A stretch of DNA of 64,000 nucleotides from Camelus ferus (Eukaryota), in the NCBI RefSeq assembly GCF_009834535.1, contig NC_045698.1:6450001-6514000 (forward strand). Reading direction: 5' to 3'. The first letter of the stretch is position 1. The number at the start of each line of letters is the position of its first letter. Made by a program: the position numbers and the translations under genes. Below the pieces are notes generated by a model. It saw only the letters and a program-made list of their open reading frames with translations. It did not search any database and had not been told where the DNA came from. Positions 1 through 10,790 of this stretch are shown here, piece after piece.

Positions 1-339
1 GTTCAGAAAAGAAGCTGGGTTGGAGGTAAAGACAAAACATGGTTTATTTTGAGCCTTAAATTGTCTTTGCTTGCTAACAAAGGGGATATAGTGACATGAG
101 TGTGGCTCCGATGTTTTGATTTGGTTTTTGTTTTGTTCTTTTTTGGGAGGGAATGAAACAAGAAGTCGCCACAGCTCACACAGTCACACATCTGCATTCC
201 ACACGGCTGGCTAGCATGCAGAGTCCACGCCCAGGTGCTGGCCGTATACCGCATAACTAAGGGTAAACCAAGAGCCCTATGTGAAGTACTCTTGTTCAGA
301 GTGAGAGATGGTTACCAGGAACACAAAGACACATGGCTG

Positions 340-1650
340 GAGCACAGTGACATCAAGATCAAGAAAACTCAGTACAGTTTGTTCTCCCGAGTGTCTGTCA
401 TAGCATTTGATTATCTAAGCATTTTGTTACAGACTTCTCAGAAGCATCAGAGGGAGCTGACCTCTCCTTATTTCTCGAACTGTCTTCTCCCCAATGTCTA
501 CAACTCATATTGTCCAGGTTTCCTTCTTCACTCACTAGCTGCTCCTCCTCAGTCTCTTTTATCAGTTCTTCCTCTGCTGTGTTTCCTCCAAATGGTGGCA
601 TCTGCTTGGGACTCTCATCTTGTCTCCCAACCTCTTCTTCTTGGGGGCTATGACCTGGTCCCATGATGGTAAAAACCATCAATACACTCTCCCTGAATTT
701 CCGTCCATTGCCAGGAAATATCTATTCTTCTCTCTTGGATATATCCCTTGGGATACCCGAAGGGGGTCTCCCAGCTTAATGTATCCAAATCACCAGGCAT
801 GATTTCCTTCAGTGTGTCCCAACTTGCTTCTCCCCATCCTCCCATATCACCACCCACTCAGCTGCTCAGGTAAAAGATATCTCAGCCCTTCTTGATTCTG
901 CTTGTTTCCACATGGCCAACTTCCAAGCCACCAGCAAATCCTGTTGACTGTACCAAACAGAAAAAGGTCCCAGTCCATCCATTTCTCTACCAGTATCTCT
1001 TGTCTAGTCTACTACAATTTCCTAATGGGTGTTCCTCCGCCAATCTTGCCCCATTATAACCCTTTCTCTACACCTCAACAAAAAATATATTTTCAACATG
1101 AAAAGTAGCTCATCTTCGATACCTCTCAGTGGCCTGCCATTGTACTTAAAATAAAATCCAGAGTCCTCAGCCTTGCTCACAAAACCTCTTGAGATTTTAC
1201 CACCATTACTCTGACCACGTGGTGTTACCTGCCCCTTGATCACGCGGAACTAGTAACTCTGCTCTTCCTCACAGTTCTTTGGCCCACCAAGGTCATTCCC
1301 TCTGCTGGTCCTTTGGATTTGCTGGTCTTCCTTTCCAGAAATCTCTTTCCATCACCTCTTCCTGACTCCTCCTCATTCAGACATTAGCGCAAACATCACT
1401 TTCTAGGGGTGGGCTTTTCCCGACCACCTTATCTACAGGAGCCCTACAGACACTTCCGATGGTGTTACTGCATTCGCTTTTCTAAGACTTCCCTTAACTG
1501 TTAATTGAATAAGTGTTTGTCTCCAACTATAATCGAACTTCTAAAAGAAGAAAGTCCTTTTCTTCAGCTCACCACTTTACTCCCTGCACCTAGAAGTCTG
1601 ACAGCCGCAGAGGACATCCTGATAAGTAAGTGTCGAAAGAAAGAATGAAT
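340..1650 (+). mobile_element. L2 LINE 3' portion (degenerate ORF2 end plus 3' tail)
   Basis: Matches recalled L2 consensus motifs (cagcaaatcctgttg, aacatcactttc, ccctgcacctagaa). Ends in a decayed (TGAA)n tail 'gaaagaatgaat' at about 1640-1650. Confidence 0.85.
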
Positions 1651-1769
1651 CCAGGAGTTCAGAAAGGCACAAGGACTTTGCCTTTAGAAACTTTCTGAAC
1701 AGACAGTAACAATTTTAAGGCAAAAACCTCATCAGAGTTGTTACCAAGTGAACCTAGTTTTAAGACCAC

Positions 1770-1930
1770 AGGTTTCAGATGAGTGTCTGGCGAATCATTT
1801 TGCATTGTACAGATGTGCAAGATGAACCCATCTTGCACATCTGTACAATGGGGATAAGAATCCTTGTTTTTCTTGTGTCATCAGATTGTTGTAAGATATA
1901 AAGAGATGGGTGCGGAAGCTTTCTAGCAGC
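1770..1930 (+). mobile_element. MIR SINE fragment containing a perfect 22-bp inverted repeat
   Basis: MIR core-like 'catctgtacaatggggataa' and 'gattgttgtaagat'. Confidence 0.7.
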
Positions 1931-2769
1931 TCTAGGGCAAAGTCAGTCAGTGGCTGGGCTGGGATCTTCTGTTGTCATCGGCACTGGAAAGCTTATGCTC
2001 GTCATGATGGATTTACTGGTCCACTAAGAGGGTGTGGGAGTTACCACCTGGCCCTGAAGAGTTCTGCATCTGGCAACAATCCAGAGAATATCTCCTTTGC
2101 AAGACAGAAAACACAGGGATCAGTTCTCAGCTGTTGTCTCTATTACCTACTCAGTAGCCCGTGTTAAGACATGCAGGTTGCTACACAGGTGAAACGCAGC
2201 TCGTGTTTTGCTTTCAATAGGACACATGGCACATGTACTGACACTGGGAAACGGCCACACAACTCTTATAAGGGGCAGAAGTAAAGCTCAGCACATCTGG
2301 CAAGCAAACAAAAATAAAACCAGGTATCTATATATCTCTTCTCATACCAAATTAAGTTTCACTGAAAGCAAATCAAATGAAATAAAAGCTTCTGGGTCGT
2401 ACCTGAAACTGTTCATCAAAACAAACAGCTCCAACAGAAAGTGTGTGGTTTACTTTAGGGACCCAGACTCTGTATGGCTCTAAAAAATGGATTATAATTT
2501 GTCTTTGCAACAGATGAGGTCGGTGAATAATGTTTAGAATTAAAGAAGCCCCTTACCCTCTTCCTTCTCCCAGTTTAGCCATAAGGCATCCTTAGGGATT
2601 CTGAGCCCAAGCACTAGAACCTTCAGCAATGCTTCGGCTTCTGGATGTTGGACAATAGCAGCCTCGAGGGGCATGAATGGGATGGGGCAGCCTGGTGCAA
2701 GAGTGGCCCCCAGGAGACAGAGGCAAGTCAAGAAAAGGACAGCGTGGGTCAGGGTGATATCATTGCACT

Positions 2770-3300
2770 TGCTGAATGAAAGATGTTGCCTGCTACATCA
2801 GTAAACAAAGGATACTGCAGCCATCAAACCACTACAGCCACCCTCAATGATGAGCCTTGAGGGAACTCAGGATGGAGACAGGGGCTGCCCACTGCACAGC
2901 CCTCAGACACTGCAGCCACCCCACCGAATACTGCACCCTGTTGCACTCAGGGGGCTCAGGATGTGGAAGCACAGGACACGGGCCCTCGACAGCCAGGTGC
3001 ACATCAAAGGAGTGACTTCAATGAGCCCAGACTTTTGCACCTTCCCATACACAGAAAAGTGCTACATTCCTTAAGTTGAGATGTCTGGTTTTCCTTAATT
3101 AACAGTAATCTTTTGCTGTTCTGACTAGCTGGTCTTTGTTGTAAAAGCTCCTATGTAGCCTGGCTCTTCCCCTACCTCTTCAGAGCAGCCCCTCAGAGCG
3201 ATCTGAGAGGCTGTCTCCCTCCCAGGCTTGAAATCCTCAGAAAATTTGCCAAATAAAACATAATTCTGAACTTTAGGTTGTGCATTTTTTTCAGTCGACA
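2770..3300 (+). mobile_element. ERV1-class solo LTR (artiodactyl-type)
   Basis: TG...CA ends with imperfect terminal inverted repeats (tgctgaatgaaa / tttcagtcgaca). AATAAA at about 3252. Flanks cact/cacc look like a decayed 4-bp TSD. Confidence 0.8.
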
Positions 3301-3736
3301 CACCCTATGACCAGCTGCTGGCACCTAGGGCAAACAGTCAGAGGTTTGCTCCTGCTGAAGACTCATTTAAAATGAATACTGAGAACTGGCTGAGAAGGAA
3401 CACTGAGGAGAAAGACTGTCAAATGTCACGCTGCTAAAATAAAATAGAAGTATTCATGCTGATTTGGAAAGAATCTCTAGAGAAGTTACAAGTCTTACCC
3501 TTTCCCCTTCAGATAAGTTCCCAAATGCTATTTGGAGGTATAACTCTATGTACTCATTTTAGTTATTAAATTAGAAGGCTTGGTGAACCAAAATTTTACT
3601 GTGCGATAAAAACCCTTTAGAGTTAAAAATGTATTGATCAAACTTGCTCAGTCTCGGCGGTGGTGTTACATCACCTAATGAGCTCCAACCCCCCTTGGGT
3701 CTCCCTCGGGGTGGGATGAGCTGGGCTGAATTCTCC

Positions 3737-4332
3737 TGAAACCAAGCAGGACCCTGTGAGGCCCTCTAAGCTGCAAATCCTTTCCACATTCCCTGCTTCT
3801 TATTTGTAGGAAATAGGTTTCATTCAGACTCCTGGACCTTCTCTTGAGTTCCAAAGAGCAGCTTCAAACAGTTGCTAACCAGGGAAGGGAAGGAATGCAG
3901 AAACAGAGGAGGAGCAGTCAAGAAACAAAAGTGCAGCCTTAGGGCAGGGTCCTGGTTCCTCCTCAAGGAATATACATAACAATACCTTTGAGTTCTTCTG
4001 CAGGAACTAAGGCCCCCACCCAGGTGGAGGATGGCAACTTCAGGCAGAACACAAGAGTCCTAGAAGACCGCCCCATTACCTCTCACCAACAATCAGAAGA
4101 AAGTCTGCACATGGTAGAAGATAATGAAGACTTTGACCCCCTCCCCAAATGATTCTCCCTTTGAAAACGTCCATGGTTGAGCAGAATCTTCAGAGTTGGT
4201 TTTTAGACACGAGCCTGCCTTCTCCCCAGGCTGCTGGCCTCCTGAGTAAAGCAACTTTTCCTTTCCAATCAACATTTGACTCCTGAGTATTGGCTTTTGA
4301 GCAGCTAGCATCTGAACCTGAGTTGGGTAACA
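3737..4332 (+). mobile_element. ERV1-class solo LTR
   Basis: Starts TGAAAC and ends GTAACA. AGTAAA polyA-like signal at about 4245. Flanks ctcc/ctgc are a near TSD. Co-linear with the LTR at 4571-5198. Confidence 0.8.
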
Positions 4333-4552
4333 CTGCCAATGAGAGTTAATGGAATCTTTTCATTTCTCTCTCCCTCATTGTTCCTTATTGGTTAATGGGT
4401 ATAGGAAGCAGGAAGACCCTCAAAAGGTCACAGTGAGTACTGAAACTGAGCACTCCTGAAGGGAGTTCTCCTGCTGAGGTTATTATTAACCTCTCGATCC
4501 AAAACTATATCACATTGTCCCACTCCTGTTCCCCTCAGGATTGAGGAATATC

Positions 4553-5198
4553 AAAAAAAAAGGGGGGGAATTAAAATGAGCAGAATTCCTAGGGGCCTTC
4601 CTGGGCACAAAAGCCCCTCCATGTTCTTAGTTTCTGTTTTAGTCTCCTAGGCCTTCCCTGACTTCCAAAGAGCAGACTCAAGCAGTTACTAATTAGGGAA
4701 GTGAGGGAACGCTGGAAAAAAGGAAAAGCTGTCAAACAAGTAAAGTAATAATAGCTTAAACAACAGTTCAGTGATTATACAGCATCCTAGATCCTCCTCA
4801 AGGGACACACATAATAATCTGACACATATCTTTGAGCTTTTTTGCAGAAACTAAGACCCTCCCAGCCAGGTGGAGGATGGTAACCACATGCTGGACACAA
4901 AGAAGTAGATCTCTTGTTGGAAACAGAAGGTTGATGATTAAGATTCCAGAAACATCACTTTGTTACCTCACCACCAATCAGGAGAAAGTCCATGAGCTGC
5001 AGCCCTCATCCCCAAGTTGCCTTTAAAAACTCTTCCCTAGAAGCCATCAAGGAGTTTGGGTCTTTTGAGTTTGAGCTGCCTGTTCTCCTTGCTTGGTGCC
5101 TTGCAAAAAGGCTGTACTTTTCCTTCACCACAACCCCAGTGTCAGTAGATTGGCTTCACTATGCATTGGGCTAACAGACCCAAGTTGGGTCAGTACTA
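4553..5198 (+). mobile_element. ERV1 polypurine tract plus 3' LTR (proviral remnant)
   Basis: aaaaaaaaagggggggaa (4553-4570) directly precedes an LTR that shares blocks (ttccaaagagcag, caggtggaggatgg, aatcag) with 3737-4332. Confidence 0.75.
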
Positions 5199-5654
5199 AG
5201 AAGAACTTTTAAATGGCATTTAATACAGAATATTAATTAAATTAAATGAATTCAATTATTTAAAAAATTCTTCTATTTCCCATTCTAATCCTCAGGTATC
5301 TGTCTTTAAACTGGAAATACAGCTACAATGGAAGGGATAAATGCAAACAGCTACTGGACAACAGTTTTCTTTTTATATTCTTAAAATGTTCACAGTAACA
5401 CATCTTTCTATGTGTGTTGAGAAGAAATTGTTCTTTGCTTTGGGGGAAATTTGAAAATAAAATTTCAAATAAATGCTTAAAGAATTCCAAATGATTTGGA
5501 AAGCAAAATTCATGCAATCAGTTAGGGGGAAAAATACAGATGTCTGCCAAAAAAAAATCTGTTCAAAATATTCAGTTGCATATTGCAATATTTGGAGAAA
5601 GCTGGAATAAACAGTCCTGTGCACCAAGGAATTTATGAAAGTTTGTTATCAATG

Positions 5655-6520
5655 TGTGATACAATGAGAAATGTATATTTGTTCTATGTCCTGTCCCCCT
5701 CACCCTCTGTTCCTGACGCACAGCTTCTAAAACCCTTGGAATTTCCTGAGTAATATGAATATCTTTTGTTATTCATCACAAGCTACTTTCAACACACCTG
5801 AGTTATGCTAATGAGCTGACTCTCAATGAGCCCAAAAATGGCTTCAGGATGGGGGCTGGTTGTCAGGGGAAGCAGCCACGTGAATATAGGGTCAGAACTC
5901 ACAGTCCCACCTCCAGGAAGGGGAGAGGGGCTGGAGATTGGGTTCAATCATCAATGCCCAAAGATTTGTTTGTCCACACTAATGTAATGAAACCTCCCAA
6001 AATATCTAAATGACAGGGTTCAGAAAGCTTCTGGGTTGAGGTTGGTGAACACACTGAGGTGCTGGAGAGACCTTGGATACTCTGCCATGGACACCTCCAC
6101 CTCACTACCCTGCCCTATGCATCTCTTCCATTTGGCTGTCCCTGAGTTGCATCCTTTATAATAAACTGGTACATGAGTAAAAGCAAAGTGATTCCCTGAG
6201 TTTTGTGAGCTGTTCTAGCAACGTATTGAATCTGAGGAGGGGGAGGCTGGAAGCCCCGATTTAGAGCCGGTTGATCAGGATATGCATGACCACCTGGACT
6301 GTGACTGGCATCTGAAGCAGACACCAGTCCGGTGGGACTGAGTTCTTAACCTGTGGGGTCTGGTGAACCCTAGGAAGTTGGTGTCAGAATTGAATTGAAT
6401 TTCAGGACACTCAGCTGGAGAACTGTTGGTATGGGCAAAACACTCCTCATTTGATGTCAGAAGAGTTGTGAGTAGATACAGATGCGACAATGAAAGGAAT
6501 AAAACTGTTCCCTGCTTTTT
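5655..6520 (+). mobile_element. MER21-family LTR
   Basis: Characteristic 'tgtgatacaatgagaaat', 'aaacccttggaatttcctgagt' and 'gtgtcagaattgaattgaatt' motifs. Confidence 0.8.
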
Positions 6521-8093
6521 TGTTCCCCCAGGTTCACTGAAGTCACTGGAACACGTATATCTTGCCATTCAGCCTTTATCTGTGACTTGATTTTAGCTTC
6601 TTGCAAAAAACATAAGAGAACATGGTCTTAAATGCTTATGATTTGTCCTAGTTTCTCATCATGTGATGACACAGTAAAAATCAAGTTATTCTCATTGATT
6701 ACAAGTGGGTTTTTAACCAGATGAGCTGCTCTAAAGGATGTCTCTCTCAGCCTCGCTTTTCCCTCTTTTATTTGGGTGCTTTTTAATGTGTAGAAACATT
6801 GCAGAGACAGCCTCAAGTGCCACGATGAGTTCTCTTTTCTCAAACACACACTCACCTCCTCTCTCCCCTGCAGAGATTGATAAGAGGTAAATTTAGCATG
6901 CACATCTACTTTTGTTGTTCTCTTGAAACTAATTTTAGGAATGGAAACTCTCAAATGGTGGCTATGTGCCTAGTTTCTTTTTAGGAAAAATGAGCCAGTA
7001 ATGAAAGATGAAAACAAACTCAAATTTAAGTCTGTATGGGGGAATTATGTTGTAAGATTGGAGGAGAATAAAACATATCATCAAAACAGGTCACTTAAGT
7101 TTTAGTTTAGGTCTATTATTTCCCACGTAAGAGCATTTCACATTTGCCCATTACATTTCTATAAGTCAAGAGTTAAAGGACTGTAGAATGAGAATAAAGT
7201 CGATAGAAAGAAAAAGGGGCAATGAAGGAGGGAGAGGGGATGGGAACAGGAGGCCAGGATAGAGAGGGGACAGGGTAAATTAGAAATAAAGATGGTGACA
7301 ATGAGGAAGAGGAAGTCGTAAAGCATTAAACCACCTGGTCTCCAAGTGAACATATTTTGTTTCAATAATGTTCAAAGCAAATCCCAGAATAACGTACCAG
7401 AAAAAGCACTTGAAATTAGAATATGGCCGTACATCTAGGGAACCACCTGATAAGGAAATCGATTCACAACTAATGTCAAATGAATGATGTGAGTAGAATA
7501 TAACCCATGGTTCTCAACTGTGAGATTCCAGGTGGGTCAGAAGTGGGACCTCCTCCCATTTGCAACCTCCCTCCGACCTCACCTGTAGGTACCATTCAGT
7601 GTTTCCTAGGCAGACCCTGGAGACTAAGATGGGAACACAACAAAGGAAGTCCATCTCTATTTTGCAATTTTGTGTACCCTGTCTGAGGACAGAGAAAGCT
7701 ACCTTCCTCTCAATACTGACAATAGCTCTTTAACAAAGGACCTGCATTGCTATCTAATGTGTGATGTCCTGGAAATTTGCAGCCTCGAGGGTGGAGGGAA
7801 GTGAATTGAGGGAAGGTGCCATGTGGCCAAGAATCAACCTTAGTCTTCACCTACTAAGCAATTTATCCTTAATTGGGACCCCAAAAGGATGAATAAGATT
7901 GTCTTTGATCTAATATTCCTTCTAATCTGGCTCTTGGGATTCTCACTGCAATGTACACACACTCTTAATATGTAGGGACAGAGAAGTAGAAGAGTGTTAA
8001 TATATGAGCTGAGTGAAACAATGATCCATTGGGATTGCAAAGAAGTGCATTTTCTCTCTCTCTCTTTTTTTTTTCCTCTTCAATCATAGTAGT

Positions 8094-8574
8094 GTAAGGC
8101 TTAAAATGAAGGGGCCTCCATATCTGGGGAAAACTGGGAGGGTCTCGATGGCCTCACCGCAAGTCCTCTTCCCTACTCTGCTCCCATGAGTAAGGTCCCT
8201 TAACCAGCGGCCCTCCCCATCATGGGAGCAGGCCCTGCTCCTGCTCATCCCTGGGCAGCGGCTTCAGTTCTCTGCCAGCCCAGCCCACACAGTTATTCAA
8301 ACAAGCCCATCACATCCTCCTGCGGGAACCAGGGGGCACCCACCCTTCTGTACTACAAAGCCAGCCTCCCACGGCCCTGGTTGTCCATGCTGTCCCCGCT
8401 GCGGCCCTGTGTGGAGTGCAGTTTCCCCCTACCCCCGCTGTGAGTGTACGTGACTAAGAAGCTGCTGTCATCTCATCTGTCCGGCGCCAGGTGTCCTGGG
8501 TTCAGCCACCCCCGCAGCCTCGATGGCAGAGGGTCTCCTCCCACACCACTGGGGTGAAAAGAAAGCAATTAAAA
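8094..8574 (+). mobile_element. ERVL LTR (MER74/MER73-like)
   Basis: tgtaagg start, 'gctgctgtcatctcatctgtcc' and 'ggggtgaaaagaaagcaattaaaa' end resemble the MER74/73 consensus. Confidence 0.65.
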
Positions 8575-9859
8575 GCAACGTCACCTCCCAAGCTAGGCTG
8601 AACCAAGTTCAAGTTCGCTGCCCCCTCAGCATCCTTCCAGCCTTCACAGGACTGGTTGCCACCCACACGGAATGTCTGGGCTCCAGACACGGGAGCAGCA
8701 AGCACTAGCCTGCTCCCCAGCACGCGTCTGTGGGAATGGCAAGCACTCCGCTAGGCCCGCCGTGTTTTCACGTCCAAGGTCTGGCATTTGAAAAATGCGG
8801 GAAGGAGAAGGGCAGTGCTTTGCGGAGGAAGACCAAAGAATTGCTAAGATTGAACATTCCTTGCCCCACAGCACCCCTCCTTCCAAGCCTCTCCCACATT
8901 TGCTCCCACCACCAGAAAAAAGTCCACTTATCTCACATTTCCCAACCTGCTGGGGAACAAAGGATGTCAGTGCTCAGTCCCACACTGTATGACCTCCACA
9001 TTTTCTGGCTCTCCATCTGCCCTGAGGGCATTTTAGGAGAACGTGGAGCTTTTAAGTGTCTGAGGTCTCCAAGGAGAGAACATACCTGTCCACAGTTCTG
9101 TGTTTTGTTTTGATGTTTCAGATAACACAGAATGTCAGAGTTCACCAGAGCACATTCCACAGCAGGAGAGGGCTTCTGTACTTTCTAGGCATCTTATAAA
9201 TAGAATCTATTGTAAATACTACTAATAAAGAGGATGAATGGAAACATATGATTTGGGGGATACCCTATTATTTGTGACAATCTGTAAAGAGCTATGTCTC
9301 CATAAAAGACTCTTACACATTTGCAAAGTCTCTATCAATATAAAGATGCAATGCTTGGTTGAATAAGCCATTATTATGTAAAGTAATTTTAGGCTAGAGT
9401 GGAAACTTTTATCAAGTCCCTTAAGACAGTCCTAGAAAATAATATTTTACCTTTAAAGCAACCGCTTCCCACCCCCATGAGAAAGAAGGAGGGAAGATTA
9501 TAGCAATGAAATTATTGGACTACTCCCTTTCGATGGGAGGAAGCAAGCATGGCTAAACTCAAAATACTCCTTCTTCTCCCAGAGTCATGAAGAGAATTCG
9601 ATCCATGCCAGGATGCCCGCCACACTCTAGCCTCCCTCTGAGCAGACCCTGTGTAACTCACCACTGGACCCCCAGCTCCGACCGCTGAACAAATGAATAC
9701 AAATCAGACTCTATCACAGCAATATTAACGGGGAGCGTTTGGGAGGATTTGGACATCTGAGCACTAAGTTCAAAAACTAATTATCAAGCAATTAACAGGA
9801 CAGAATAAAGGAGAGAGACTTAAATTATGGCCCCTTGCTGAATTTTCAGAAACTATTTT

Positions 9860-9995
9860 AAAAATCCCATTTTATAAATTAGGAGGCTGAGATTCAGAGG
9901 GCAGATGTCTCACTGAGCCTTCTTGCCCAGGTGGAAAGCGGCTTCTTTCTTCAAGGTGGATTGCTAGGTTTCTGGCTCAAAATTCTAGGCTCTTT
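9860..9995 (-). mobile_element. MIR fragment
   Basis: 'atcccattttata...aggaggctgagattcagagg' is a reverse MIR core. Confidence 0.55.
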
Positions 9996-10229
9996 CTATC
10001 ACCCTAAGTGTCTGCACTACAAATAGTGGGATGAGGATCCTACCTGACTTTCATATTCAGAAAAGATCAGATTCTTCTTTCATAAAACTATAGAGAGGTT
10101 GAGCTGAGAATCCAACCATTCTTCATAGGCTCCTGGGTTTGGAGAGTGCCATGTGACATCAAATCTCACCTAAATCCTCTCTGCCTGCCCCTCTATGTCA
10201 CGTTGCCAAGCTGTTGTTCTGTCCACTTG

Positions 10230-10560
10230 ATAAATCCCTTTGGTGGAAAACATCAATTTCTTGCGACAGTCCATGGAATCATCGGCCCACTTGGCTGTAG
10301 GAAGTTCTTTCCTAAACTGAACTGACATCTACACCCCACAGCTTTTTACTCATTAGTTCTGGCTCTACGCCTCAGAGACACGAAGATACGTTCTTGACCT
10401 TCTTTCACATTATTGTTCCTTGTTTATGGACCCTTAAATCATCCTCCTGGGTCTTCTAGACCAGTGTACCTGGCCAGAGTTCCTCTTCTCATTTCTCAGA
10501 TAATATGGTATCTGACTCCTCTTGTTATTCCAGTCCCGTTTTCCTCTCTCTTCTTTCTAA
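10230..10560 (-). mobile_element. L3/CR1 LINE fragment
   Basis: 'gtaggaagttctttcctaaactgaactga' resembles the reverse complement of the CR1/L3 3' region. Highly diverged. Confidence 0.4.
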
Positions 10561-10790
10561 CTGGCTGTAACTCAGAAGTACAGAATTCAACTAAAACGTT
10601 GGAATATGATACGATGTGTCTGGGATTTGCTTCAGTGGCTGGGGTGGGTGTGAAGGAAGTGGATAATGAACTAGATGAAATGAGATTTGCAAAATATGTT
10701 GAAAATTTTTTAAACTGACTGACCTCTGAGTACACAGAGTTTCATAATATGATTCTCTTTACTTTTGTCTAAGTTTAAAAGTTCTTTAAA
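10560..10790 (+). mobile_element. Old L1M 3' end fragment
   Basis: 'atgtgtctgggatttgcttca...tacacagagtttcataatatgattctctttacttttg' resembles L1MC/ME 3' ends. Confidence 0.6.

Noticed and set aside
235..1243. ORFs of 60-143 aa, including the acidic 398-682(-) peptide
   Set aside because: They lie within a decayed L2 element; the composition reflects its pyrimidine/purine strand bias.
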